58,177 nucleotides of DNA, taken from assembly GCA_020029455.1 (NCBI GenBank), contig JAIBJH010000003.1:1-58177 (forward strand), in the 5' to 3' direction. The stretch is from Hyphomicrobiales bacterium. GTDB lineage: Bacteria; Pseudomonadota; Alphaproteobacteria; Rhizobiales; Aestuariivirgaceae. The notes under the pieces are model-generated. The model saw only the letters and a program-made list of their open reading frames with translations. It did not search any database and was not told the DNA's origin. Positions 16,761-28,946 of the stretch are shown in pieces. Position 1 is the stretch's first letter; the number at the start of each line of letters is the position of its first letter. The position numbers and the translations under genes were made by a program.

Positions 16761-18194
16761 ATGTTGCACAAGAACTACATCAATGGCGAATGGGTGGAGG
16801 GAACTTCTGCCAAGGACAACATCAACCCGTCTGACGTCAGCGATGTGGTCGGGCAATATGCGCAAGCCTCGGTTCAGCAGGCCGAAGAGGCCATCGCGGC
16901 GGCCAAGGCAGCATTTCCAGGATGGTGTTCCACCACGCCGCAGCAGCGCGCCGATATTCTTGATGCGATTGGTACTGAACTTCTCGCTCGGCGGGACGAG
17001 ATTGGCCGCTTGCTCGCGCAGGAAGAAGGAAAGCCGCTCTCCAACGGCATTGCCGAAACCATGCGGGCTGGGCAGATCTTCAAGTTCTTTGCACAGGAGG
17101 CACTCCGCATCGAAGGCGTTTCATTGGCATCTGTCAGACCCAATGTGGATGTCACCATCACACGCGAACCGCTAGGCGTGGTGGGCCTTATCTGTCCGTG
17201 GAATTTTCCGATTGCCATTCCAGCCTGGAAGATGGCCCCGGCTCTCGCCTTTGGGAACTGCGTGGTATTCAAGCCGGCCGATCTTGTTCCAGGCTGCGCC
17301 TGGGCGCTCGCTGAAATTGCCTCGCGCGCCGGACTGCCCAAGGGGGTGCTCAATCTTGTCATGGGCCGCGGCTCGGTGGTGGGCCAGGCGATGCTCAATT
17401 CGCGCGATGTCAACGCCATTTCCTTTACGGGGTCGGTGGAGACGGGAGCAAAGGTGGCAATGGCCTGTGCAACACGCGGCGCCAAATTCCAGTTGGAGAT
17501 GGGCGGCAAAAACCCGCTCGTTGTGATGGCGGATGCCAATCTTGATGCGGCGGTAGCAGGCGCTGTTGACGGTGCGTTCTTCCAGACAGGCCAACGCTGC
17601 ACCGCTTCCTCGCGCCTGATCGTCGAGGAGAAAGTGCATGATACCTTCATAGAGAAAATGGTTTCAGCCATGCAGGCGCTGAAGGTCGATCATGCTTTGA
17701 AGGACGGCACGCAGATGGGGCCGGTGATCGATGAGGCGCAGATGGCGCAGGATGAGAACTATATCCGCATTGCCCGCGACGAGGGTGGCAAGCTTGCCTG
17801 GGGTGGCGAGCGGCTCAATCGCGACACCAAGGGCTTCTATCTGTCGCCGGCGCTGTTTACAGAAACCCGCAATGACATGCGGATCAACCGTGAGGAAGTG
17901 TTCGGGCCTGTTGCCTCTGTAATCAGGGTCAAGAACTACGATGAAGCACTGGCGGTTGCCAATGACACGCCGTTCGGCCTCTCCTCCGGCATCTACACAA
18001 CCTCACTGAAACATGCCTCGCATTTCCGCAGGAATTCGGCGGCGGGCATGGTGATGGTCAACCTACCGACAGCGGGTGTTGATTATCATGTGCCCTTTGG
18101 CGGACGCAAAGGCTCAAGCTACGGGGCGCGGGAACAGGGCCGCTTTGCCGCAGAATTCTACACTTCGGTCAAGACGGCCTATATCTTCGCCTGA
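16761..18194 (+). CDS. Aldehyde dehydrogenase (KGSADH/YcbD-like)
   Basis: PWNFP, FTGS, EMGGKNP, GQRCTA and EEVFGP motifs. Confidence 0.93.
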   Translation: MLHKNYINGEWVEGTSAKDNINPSDVSDVVGQYAQASVQQAEEAIAAAKAAFPGWCSTTPQQRADILDAIGTELLARRDEIGRLLAQEEGKPLSNGIAETMRAGQIFKFFAQEALRIEGVSLASVRPNVDVTITREPLGVVGLICPWNFPIAIPAWKMAPALAFGNCVVFKPADLVPGCAWALAEIASRAGLPKGVLNLVMGRGSVVGQAMLNSRDVNAISFTGSVETGAKVAMACATRGAKFQLEMGGKNPLVVMADANLDAAVAGAVDGAFFQTGQRCTASSRLIVEEKVHDTFIEKMVSAMQALKVDHALKDGTQMGPVIDEAQMAQDENYIRIARDEGGKLAWGGERLNRDTKGFYLSPALFTETRNDMRINREEVFGPVASVIRVKNYDEALAVANDTPFGLSSGIYTTSLKHASHFRRNSAAGMVMVNLPTAGVDYHVPFGGRKGSSYGAREQGRFAAEFYTSVKTAYIFA

Positions 18195-18306
18195 GCCATT
18201 TTCCCTGTCATTTTTGCACCATGATTGCGGCCCAAAAGGCACAGCAACGGAAGTGCAAGGATTTGGGCGTTAACCGTAGCGGTATCCGGACGGGACGAGA
18301 CTATCC

Positions 18307-20373
18307 ATGGGCATATTTAATGGGCGAAGGAAAGCGAAGGGAAATACCCGGCGCGAACCACGCTTGTTCGAGAGGCCGGCTCCTCAGAGAAATCCCGGCC
18401 GCGGCGTGAGACCCAGAAGGCGCAGCTTCTTCGGCTGGGTCGCCGGATTGTTCTGGAAGTTGACGCTACTGAGTGCAGTTGCGGTTGCCGCGGCACTTAC
18501 GTTTGTCTGGTTCACTCTGGCCCAAAATGGAGTCTTCCAAATTCCGGAGCAAGAGCCCGGAATCCTGCTTCTCGCCAGCGATGGCAGCGAGATTGCCGAA
18601 CAGGGCACCTTCTTCGGCGATGCGGTTTCCATCGCGGGGCTTCCGCCCTATGTGCCACAGGCGATCATCGCCATCGAAGACCGTCGCTTCTATCACCACT
18701 ATGGTGTTGATCCTATCGGCCTTGCCCGCGCCATGACGAAGAACGTCATCGCTGGTCGCTTGAAGGAGGGCGGCTCGACACTGACCCAGCAACTTGCCAA
18801 GAACCTGTTCCTCAACCACGAGCGCACATTCAAGCGCAAGGCGCAGGAAATGGTCTTTGCGCTGTGGCTTGAGCGCAAGTTCTCGAAGGACGAGATTCTC
18901 CAACTCTACATGAATCGTGTCTATTTCGGCGGCGGGGCCGATGGCATCGACAAGGCGGCGCGGACATTTTACGGCAAGTCGGCCTATGAGCTGACCCTGA
19001 TGGAAGCGGCGACTTTGGCCGGCGTTCTAAAGGCACCCACAACCTACAATCCCGCGCGCCAGCCGGAAGATGCCTTCAACCGCGCCACAATCGTTCTCAA
19101 CGCCATGGTCGAGGAAGGCTACATCACCGCCGCGGAAGCGCAAGACGCCATTGCCTCGCCAACCAGGGCGGCAACGCAGGTCGATACGCCTGCCACGCAA
19201 TATGCTGTTGACTGGATCAACGAGCAATTGCGCCTCCTCACCAAGGAAGCCAAGCAATCGCTCATCATCGAGACAACGCTCGATGCCAAGCTGCAATCAA
19301 GGGCCGAGCTGGCACTGCGCAAGCGGCTTTCCGAGAATGGCAAGGCGCTCAATGTGTCACAAGGAGCGGTCGTGGTGATGGATGGCACGGGCGCGGTAAA
19401 GGCTCTTGTCGGTGGGCGCAGCTACAAGCGCAGCCAATATAACCGCGCCGTAGTGGCCAAGCGCCAGCCTGGTTCTGCATTCAAGGCCTTTGTTTATCTC
19501 GCGGCACTGGAAAACGGCTATCGCCCGGACTCTGTTGAGATCGATGAGCCTGTGCAGATCGGCAACTGGAGCCCTGAAAACTACAAGCGGAAGTATCTGG
19601 GGCCGGTCACGCTGGATCAGGCCTATGCGCTCTCACTCAATACGATCAGCGCCAAGCTTACCCATGCCGTCGACCCGCGGACAGTGGCAACGGTGGCGAA
19701 ACGTCTCGGCATCCGTTCCAAGCTCAGTGCCGATACATCGATTGCACTTGGTACATCCGAAGTCTCCCTCATGGAAATGACCTCGGCTTTCACGCCGTTT
19801 TCCAATGGGGGTTCGGCAGTTGAGCCCTATATCGTCAAACGCATCGTCAGCCGCGACGGTAGGGTTCTTTACGAGAGACTGGTGGACGGCCTGGGCCAGG
19901 TCATGGGCGAGGACGAAGTGGGCGCCATGAACTACATGATGCGCAAGGTCATCACCTCCGGCACCGCCACCAAGGCCAGCTTCGAGGGTCAAGACATAGG
20001 CGGCAAGACGGGCACCAGTCAGGATTACCGTGATGCCTGGTTCATCGGCTACACGCCTTATCTCACGGCGGGCGTTTGGATGGGCAATGATGACAACAGC
20101 CCCACCAAGAAAGTAACCGGCGGATCGCTGCCGGCGCTGGTGTGGCGCGACATTATGGAAAAGGCCCATGAGGATTTGGCCTATCGCGAGCTTCCAGGCA
20201 CTTCTGGCGAACCATCGGAATTCGTTGTTGCCGAGAATGATGCAAGCGGTGTGATCGAGGTTGATCCCGACATTGCAGAGCCGCAAGAGAAACCGCGCAA
20301 GAAGAAGCGGCGCAATCTTTTGTCGATCCTGTTCGGCAGCAGAGACGAAGAGCCAGGCGACGGCTTGTACTGA
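18307..20373 (+). CDS. Class A penicillin-binding protein (transglycosylase/transpeptidase, PBP1A family)
   Basis: EDRRFYHHYG, GGSTLTQQLAKNL, RKAQE, SAFK, SLN and KTGT motifs. Confidence 0.94.
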   Translation: MGIFNGRRKAKGNTRREPRLFERPAPQRNPGRGVRPRRRSFFGWVAGLFWKLTLLSAVAVAAALTFVWFTLAQNGVFQIPEQEPGILLLASDGSEIAEQGTFFGDAVSIAGLPPYVPQAIIAIEDRRFYHHYGVDPIGLARAMTKNVIAGRLKEGGSTLTQQLAKNLFLNHERTFKRKAQEMVFALWLERKFSKDEILQLYMNRVYFGGGADGIDKAARTFYGKSAYELTLMEAATLAGVLKAPTTYNPARQPEDAFNRATIVLNAMVEEGYITAAEAQDAIASPTRAATQVDTPATQYAVDWINEQLRLLTKEAKQSLIIETTLDAKLQSRAELALRKRLSENGKALNVSQGAVVVMDGTGAVKALVGGRSYKRSQYNRAVVAKRQPGSAFKAFVYLAALENGYRPDSVEIDEPVQIGNWSPENYKRKYLGPVTLDQAYALSLNTISAKLTHAVDPRTVATVAKRLGIRSKLSADTSIALGTSEVSLMEMTSAFTPFSNGGSAVEPYIVKRIVSRDGRVLYERLVDGLGQVMGEDEVGAMNYMMRKVITSGTATKASFEGQDIGGKTGTSQDYRDAWFIGYTPYLTAGVWMGNDDNSPTKKVTGGSLPALVWRDIMEKAHEDLAYRELPGTSGEPSEFVVAENDASGVIEVDPDIAEPQEKPRKKKRRNLLSILFGSRDEEPGDGLY

Positions 20374-20376
20374 GGC

Positions 20377-21129
20377 CTAAACCATCCGGTGCAATGTTTG
20401 CCCGTGCTGCTTCAACCACTCTTTTGCCGCTCGTGCTGAAGTGCAATGGCTGAGGACCAGCCGCCAGAAGCGCGGCCCGTGGTTCATTTCGCGCAGGTGA
20501 GCGACTTCGTGAGCCGCCACATAGTCCAGCACCATGGGCGGGGCCATGATGAGGCGCCAGGAGTAGGACAGAACGCCGTCAGTGTTGCATGAGCCCCAGC
20601 GGCTCTTCTGATCGCGCACGCCGAGGCGCTTCACTGTGACGTTCATCACGGATGCATAACGCTGCGAGGCCTCGTGCAAGTCTTTTTCGGCCTGGCGCTT
20701 CAGCCATTCGGTCAGCCGGCGCTTCATATGGGATGGAGCACCGGGCACGGCGATGACCCGCGTTTCATCATCTATGGAAACAAGGCCACGCAGCCTGCCA
20801 GTTGCAGCAATAGTGTAGTGTTCACCGCGCAGGAGAATGCGCCCTCCATCGGCTGCAGGCACGATGGCGGGAAGTTTGCTGCGGGTTTTTTGCATCCAGC
20901 CTGCCGATGCATTCAGAAAAGCTTCCGCCGCCTTGCGGCTGTGGCGGCGCGGAACCGTGAGAATGAAATGTTCGCCATCGCGTGATTGGCGCAAAGTCAT
21001 GCGCCGCGCCTTGGCATGGCGCTTCAACATGACCGCCAGCGCCACGCCTTCAACCATCACGATGATGGGAAGAAGTGGTTCTGCTTCAGGTTTCGATTTC
21101 GCGGTGAAGGCGCGACTCAGTGGCCACAT
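20377..21129 (-). CDS. YgjP/DUF45-like (M48-type) metal-dependent hydrolase
   Basis: QKSRWGSC and YVAAHEVAHL..NHGPRFW motifs. Confidence 0.9.
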   Translation of the reverse strand: MWPLSRAFTAKSKPEAEPLLPIIVMVEGVALAVMLKRHAKARRMTLRQSRDGEHFILTVPRRHSRKAAEAFLNASAGWMQKTRSKLPAIVPAADGGRILLRGEHYTIAATGRLRGLVSIDDETRVIAVPGAPSHMKRRLTEWLKRQAEKDLHEASQRYASVMNVTVKRLGVRDQKSRWGSCNTDGVLSYSWRLIMAPPMVLDYVAAHEVAHLREMNHGPRFWRLVLSHCTSARAAKEWLKQHGQTLHRMV

Positions 21130-21135
21130 GGCGCA

Positions 21136-22362
21136 CTATTTAGCGTGATCTCCCACGAAGCGGGAGATGACCGGAACTACTTCTTCGATATAGCGGCGGC
21201 CGGAGAAAACGCCGTAATGGCCAACGCCTTTCTGCACGTGATCAGTCTTGTGCTCGGCGGGAATGCCGGAACAGAGACGGTGGGCGGCCTGGGTTTGGCC
21301 GGGACCAGTGATGTCGTCGCGCTCGCCTTCGATCGTAAGAAGCGCCACATCCGTGATAAGTTCCGGGCGAATGAGTTCGCCGCGATAATGGTAGGTGCCG
21401 AGCGGCAGGCACTGGTGCACGAAGACGCGCTCGACAGTCTGCAGATAAAACTCGGCGGCAAGATCCATGACGGACATGTATTCGTCGTAGAATTCCTGCA
21501 GCTTTGCGGCGGAGACCGTGTCGCCATCGACAAGGTTCCAGTAGAGATCGCGGTGGGCGGTGATGTGGCGGTGGGAATTCATCGACATGAAGCCCACGAG
21601 CTGCAGGAAGCCCGGATAGACGATGCGGCCCTTGCCCTTGTGGGGCGGCGGCACTTCGACAACCGTGTTACGGCGGAACCAAGTTACGCCCTTTTCCTTG
21701 GCAACCTTGTTCACGGCCGTTGGGCTGACGCGGGTATCGACGGGCCCTCCCATCAGGATCATGGTCAAGGGGAGCAGCGGGTCTTTCCGCGCACTCATCA
21801 GTGAGATGGCGACAAGCACGGGCACCGATGGCTGGCAGACGGCCATGATGTGGGCCTTCCTGCCGAGGTGGTGCAGCATTTCCATGACGTAATCGGTGTA
21901 ATCATCAAGATCGAAAGGCCCATTAGAGAGCGGCACTTCGCGGGCGTCGACCCAATCGGTGATATAGACATCATGCTCCGGCAAAAGGCCTTCGACTGTG
22001 TTGCGGAGCAGGGTGGAAAAATGGCCCGACATGGGGGCCACAATCAGGATGGGATGCTGTTTTTTGCGGCTTGGCGTTTTCTTGCGGAAGTGAACAAGGC
22101 GGCAGAAGGGCTTTTCCCAAACCACGAGTTCTTCAATGGCGACTGTTTTTCCAGCAACCTTGGTTTCTGAAATTTCAAAACGGGGCTTGGTGTAACGGCG
22201 GGTCAGGCGCTCGAAGAGGTGGAGCCCGGCCCGCGCCTGACGGCCAAAAGATGTTTGAGAGAAGGGGTTCCAGTCATGCAACCAGAACTCGGCACCAGCC
22301 TTGGCCGCCAGCCGAAAGGGGGCCATGGCAGCATGCTGCATCTCATAGATCTCGTATAGCAT
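21136..22362 (-). CDS. phaZ: Intracellular polyhydroxyalkanoate depolymerase
   Basis: APMSGHFSTLLR, DVYITDW, AVCQP, EGERDDI and GHYGVF motifs. Confidence 0.94.
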   Translation of the reverse strand: MLYEIYEMQHAAMAPFRLAAKAGAEFWLHDWNPFSQTSFGRQARAGLHLFERLTRRYTKPRFEISETKVAGKTVAIEELVVWEKPFCRLVHFRKKTPSRKKQHPILIVAPMSGHFSTLLRNTVEGLLPEHDVYITDWVDAREVPLSNGPFDLDDYTDYVMEMLHHLGRKAHIMAVCQPSVPVLVAISLMSARKDPLLPLTMILMGGPVDTRVSPTAVNKVAKEKGVTWFRRNTVVEVPPPHKGKGRIVYPGFLQLVGFMSMNSHRHITAHRDLYWNLVDGDTVSAAKLQEFYDEYMSVMDLAAEFYLQTVERVFVHQCLPLGTYHYRGELIRPELITDVALLTIEGERDDITGPGQTQAAHRLCSGIPAEHKTDHVQKGVGHYGVFSGRRYIEEVVPVISRFVGDHAK

Positions 22363-22377
22363 TAGATCTTGCCCCCT

Positions 22378-22389
22378 TGCTGCAGTGCA
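22378..22389 (-). promoter_or_regulatory. PhaR-box-like operator upstream of phaZ
   Basis: Minus strand TGCACTGCAGCA fits the rhizobial PhaR consensus as I recall it (TGCRNYGCASMA); abuts the phaZ RBS. Confidence 0.6.
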
Positions 22390-22502
22390 AGATAGACTTG
22401 GGCAAAGCCATTAACAACCCCTTGCCATTATTGGATTTCTCAGCCGAAAGTCGCAAAATTCACGCGATAAAGTGTCAATCCTGCTGACCTATATTCAGCG
22501 GC

Positions 22503-22619
22503 TTTGCGCGTCCAACGAGCAAGTGAACTCACCTGCGAGAGGAAAGATGCGCCAGATACAAAGTTCTACAGCAACTTATCGACGGTCAATTGCGCTCAAT
22601 TGACCGTCGGTTGCTGTAG
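22503..22619 (-). repeat. RIME-like two-hairpin repeat or MITE, copy B
   Basis: Inverted copy of 5473-5589 sharing 34 identical nt (CAATTGACCGTCGATAAGTTGCTGTAGAACTTTG). Confidence 0.85.
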
Positions 22620-23225
22620 CGCCTCGGCGATTCCTTGAGCAAGGGCTTTGGCGTCGGTCGTGTAGGTGAAGTGCTTTAGGAACTTTCCGTCGGGTCCCAT
22701 GAGGTAGACGATGGAGGAATGGTCCATCAGGTAATCCGAGGGGCGTTCCTTGTTCTCCTGCCTGGCATAGAAAATCCGATAGGCCCCCGCTATGGCCGCC
22801 ACCTGCTCGGCGCTGCCGGTGAGGCCAATGAAACGGTCGCCAAAGTTCGAAACATAGGCCGCCATGACCTCCGGCGTGTCACGTTCGGGATCGACGGAAA
22901 CGAAGATGGGCTGGATGTCCATGCCCTTGTCGCCTAGCTCATCGAGGGCCGCCGCCATCACCTGCAGTTCCGTGGGGCAGACATCGGGGCAAAAGGTGAA
23001 CCCGAAAAACAGCAGCATGGGCTTGCCGAGAAAACTCTTCTCAGTGACCGTCTCGCCCTTGTGATTGACCATAGTGAAAGGGCCACCCACCAATGCTTCA
23101 CCCAGACCTGCGGGCTTGTTAGGCGAGGACATGAGGGCATAGGCAGCGATGCTTGCTGCTGCTATCAGCATCAAACCGGCAAAGAGGATGCGGCGCACGA
23201 GTTGTGTCTGGTCGGTGCTTTGCAT
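22596..23225 (-). CDS. senC: SCO1/SenC/PrrC copper chaperone
   Basis: FGFTFCPDVCP, SVDPERD and DHS motifs; divergent from regB. Confidence 0.92.
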   Translation of the reverse strand: MQSTDQTQLVRRILFAGLMLIAAASIAAYALMSSPNKPAGLGEALVGGPFTMVNHKGETVTEKSFLGKPMLLFFGFTFCPDVCPTELQVMAAALDELGDKGMDIQPIFVSVDPERDTPEVMAAYVSNFGDRFIGLTGSAEQVAAIAGAYRIFYARQENKERPSDYLMDHSSIVYLMGPDGKFLKHFTYTTDAKALAQGIAEALQQPTVN

Positions 23226-23295
23226 GGGCTCGCGCTCTTGGCTAGAATTACACTACCATTAATGCCGCAGTTTGAGCGGTACCGCATCGGAAGAG

Positions 23296-24675
23296 ATGTC
23301 ACAGATTAATCTGGAAACAGACCCCTTTCCCCTGGGGCAGGCGAACAACCCCATCCGGCTGCGCACCCTGGTGCGGCTGCGCTGGCTTGCCGTCATCGGG
23401 CAAACGGCGGCTGTTCTCGCGGTTTCGCTGGTCTTCGGCTACAGCCTGCCCTTTTCGGCCTGCCTCGGCGTTATTGCGCTGAGTGCCTGGCTCAACATCT
23501 TCATTTCGCTGCGCTGGCGTTCCAGCCAGATACTTAGTTCACGAGCCGCTGGTCTGCTGCTGGCCTATGATGTCGTGCAACTGGCGGCGCTTCTATTTCT
23601 GACAGGGGGCCTCGAAAATCCCTTCTCGTTCCTGTTCCTCGTGCCGGTGACAGTTTCCGCGACGTCGCTGACAGTGCGCTGGACGCTGGCGCTCGGAGGG
23701 ATGGCTATTGCCTTTGCCTCGCTGCTCGCCATCTATCATTTTCCATTGCCGTGGAAAGAGGGTGAAGCAATCTCGCTGCCTGCCACCTATGTGGCGGGAC
23801 TGTGGGTTGCAGTCCTCAGCGGAACGGCATTCTCCGCCATCTATGCGCGGCGTCTTGCAGAGGAAGCGCGGCAGATGTCAGCGGCGCTCAATGCAACGGA
23901 AATGGTGCTGGCGCGCGAACAACGTCTCTCCGCGCTGGATGGTCTTGCGGCCGCAGCGGCCCATGAACTCGGCACGCCGCTCAGCACCATTACGGTCGTT
24001 GCCAAGGAATTGAAGCGCGAAGCGGTGCTCAAGGGCCACCATGCCGATGACCTTGACCTTCTCATCAGCCAGGCGGCGCGCTGCCGGGAAATCCTCTCGC
24101 GCCTTTCCGATCGGGAACAGGCGGCCGATGTGATCTTCGGGCAGGTAAAACTTTCTGCCATGCTGGAAGACCAGGTGGCGCCCTTGCGGGGGTCCGATGT
24201 TGCCGTCACCATTATCTGCAAGAGCGAGAAGAATGAACCGGAACCCGTTTTCAGGCGCAATCCAGCCATTTCCTATGCGCTCTCCAACATCCTCGAGAAC
24301 GCCATCGACTTCGCCAAGAGTAATGTCACCGTCGATGCGCGCTGGAACGCGAGCCAGCTTTCCGTCACCATCAAGGACGATGGACCAGGCTTTGACCAAT
24401 TGATCTTCGACAGGCTGGGCGATCCGTTCGTCACCACGCGGCCCGGCTATGACGATGCTGCCGAAGCGGGTGAGGCTCGCGGCCATGAAGGCATGGGGCT
24501 TGGACTGTTCATTGCCAAGACCCTCTTGGAGCGGTCCGGCGCGCAGGTGGGACTCTCCAATCTAAGCGCCCCGGCACAGGGTGCAGTCGTTTCCATTCGC
24601 TGGCCGAGAGCGGCGGTTGATATGGGTTCTGCCAGCAACAAGGCGCTTGACCCGCAACCGGCCACGCTTCATTGA
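23296..24675 (+). CDS. regB: Redox sensor histidine kinase RegB/PrrB/ActS
   Basis: LRWLAV.GQ, GGLENPF, AAAHELGTPL, RCREIL, DDGPGF and GMGLGL motifs. Confidence 0.95.
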   Translation: MSQINLETDPFPLGQANNPIRLRTLVRLRWLAVIGQTAAVLAVSLVFGYSLPFSACLGVIALSAWLNIFISLRWRSSQILSSRAAGLLLAYDVVQLAALLFLTGGLENPFSFLFLVPVTVSATSLTVRWTLALGGMAIAFASLLAIYHFPLPWKEGEAISLPATYVAGLWVAVLSGTAFSAIYARRLAEEARQMSAALNATEMVLAREQRLSALDGLAAAAAHELGTPLSTITVVAKELKREAVLKGHHADDLDLLISQAARCREILSRLSDREQAADVIFGQVKLSAMLEDQVAPLRGSDVAVTIICKSEKNEPEPVFRRNPAISYALSNILENAIDFAKSNVTVDARWNASQLSVTIKDDGPGFDQLIFDRLGDPFVTTRPGYDDAAEAGEARGHEGMGLGLFIAKTLLERSGAQVGLSNLSAPAQGAVVSIRWPRAAVDMGSASNKALDPQPATLH

Positions 24676-24687
24676 CAGGCCGAAAGT

Positions 24688-25233
24688 ATGATCATGGCCG
24701 ATGGCACGAACAAGACGCTGCTTCTTGTCGATGATGACAAGCCTTTCCTGACACGGCTCGGCCGCGCGCTGGAAGCGCGCGGCTTCGACGTCCGGCTGGC
24801 AGAGACAGTGGGCGAAGGCATTGCCGAAGTGCGGAAATCACCGCCGGGCTTTGCCGTGGTCGACCTCAGGCTCGGCGACGGTAACGGCCTTGACGTGGTG
24901 CAGGCGCTGCATGCAGCAAAGCCTGATGCCCGCGTGGTGGTGCTGACGGGCTACGGCAATATCGCAACGGCAGTGACGGCGGTGAAGCTGGGTGCCATCG
25001 ACTATCTGGCAAAACCGGCGGATGCTGACGCCGTCTATGGCGCATTGATGTCGGAGAGCGGCGAGACACGCAATGCACTCCCCGAAAACCCCATGTCGGC
25101 AGACAGGGTGCGCTGGGAACACATCCAGCGGGTCTTTGAACTATGCAACCGCAATGTCTCGGAAACGGCACGGCGCCTCAACATGCACAGGCGCACCCTG
25201 CAACGCATCCTCGCCAAGCGGGCGCCAAAATAG
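24688..25233 (+). CDS. regA: Redox response regulator RegA/PrrA/ActR
   Basis: LTGYGNIATAV and PMSADRVRWEHIQRV...NVSETARRLNMHRRTLQRILAKR. Confidence 0.97.
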   Translation: MIMADGTNKTLLLVDDDKPFLTRLGRALEARGFDVRLAETVGEGIAEVRKSPPGFAVVDLRLGDGNGLDVVQALHAAKPDARVVVLTGYGNIATAVTAVKLGAIDYLAKPADADAVYGALMSESGETRNALPENPMSADRVRWEHIQRVFELCNRNVSETARRLNMHRRTLQRILAKRAPK

Positions 25234-25242
25234 AGTCCGGAA

Positions 25243-25740
25243 CTACGGATCCCAGAGGCTGTGGAGGCGCTGGGCGGCCACGCGGGCAAACTGCAGCGAC
25301 ACAGCCTTGCGGCGCGAGCCATGGAGCGGATGGTCGGGGAGCTGCCGCATAACTTCTGCCCCATAGTTGTCTGCAATTATGAGACCTACTTCTTCCGGAA
25401 TGACGGCCTGCTCCAACGTGTGAGGGATAGCAAAGCAGAAGCGGTCACAATAGTCCCTATACTCATGCCACTTGCCGTCAGCCCGGTAATCCGCCAGCGA
25501 TGACTTGATCTCGACAATCCAGATGAGGCCGCCAGGGTCCATGGCAATAACGTCCGCCCGGCGGCCAGAAGCCAGCACGAATTCAGGCAGCACGGCAAAA
25601 CCCATGCTGCGCAGCATGCGGCAGACGCCGCGCTGCACCGCCAGGGCCGTTTCCGACTGGCGGCCGTCGGGCGGGGGTGGGGTGTAGGGTGTGCCCGGCG
25701 GCCCCTCCGGCATTTTGGGGTTTTCAGCGTCAGAAGCCAT
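25243..25740 (-). CDS. mmcB: MmcB family (DUF1052) PD-(D/E)XK DNA repair protein
   Basis: E..LASGRRADV...IVEIKSS..DYRAD.KW.EY..YCD. Confidence 0.88.
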   Translation of the reverse strand: MASDAENPKMPEGPPGTPYTPPPPDGRQSETALAVQRGVCRMLRSMGFAVLPEFVLASGRRADVIAMDPGGLIWIVEIKSSLADYRADGKWHEYRDYCDRFCFAIPHTLEQAVIPEEVGLIIADNYGAEVMRQLPDHPLHGSRRKAVSLQFARVAAQRLHSLWDP

Positions 25741-25792
25741 GTTATTGTCATGCCATAAATGACTGCCCGGTCAACGGTGCAGCACGGGAGGA

Positions 25793-26300
25793 ATGATGCA
25801 AGGTCTTTTGGCGCTGAGCCGGGGCATCGACGCCATCAATCATTTTATCGGCTATCATATCCGCTGGCTCATTCTCGCGGCAGTGGTGGTGAGCGCTGTC
25901 AATGCGGTCATCCGCAAGGCTTTCGACACCAGTTCAAACGCCTGGGGCGAATTGCAGTGGTATCTCTTCGGCATGGTGTTCCTTCTGGCTGCTTCCTATG
26001 TGTTGCAGAAAAACGGCCATGTGAGGATCGACGCGCTCTCGCATCATTTCTCGAAGCGCTTGCGAAACTGGATTGACCTTCTGGGCCATATCTTCTTCCT
26101 GCTGCCGCTGTGCCTGCTGATGGTCTGGCTTGGCGTTCCCTATTTCTGGGAGGCCCTGCAGAATGGCGAGATGTCACAGAACGCCGGGGGCCTTATCGTC
26201 TGGCCCTCGAAACTCTTTGTCCTTGCTGGATTTGCCCTCCTCCTGGCGCAGGCCATTTCGGAGATCATCAAGCGCTGGGCGGCAATCAGGAGTGCGCAAC

Positions 26301-26308
<8 letters not shown>
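25793..26308 (+). CDS. TRAP transporter small permease DctQ
   Basis: SNAWGELQWYLF and HVRID motifs; 4 TM helices. Confidence 0.92.
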
Positions 26309-28845
<2,537 letters not shown>

Positions 28846-28946
28846 TCACTTCCTCCCTATTGAACAATTTTTCATGCCCGCAAGGGGCAGAAGGACTACT
28901 ATAGGCACAACAACGTGCCGGACAAAAGGCACATGAGGAGACGGTC

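Noticed and set aside
22440-22454. RegA/RegR-like box TCAGC-N5-GTCGC upstream of phaZ
   Set aside because: Two mismatches in a short GC-rich motif; likely by chance
25741-25792. LexA box upstream of mmcB
   Set aside because: No GTTC-N7-GTTC or GAAC-N7-GAAC match in the interval
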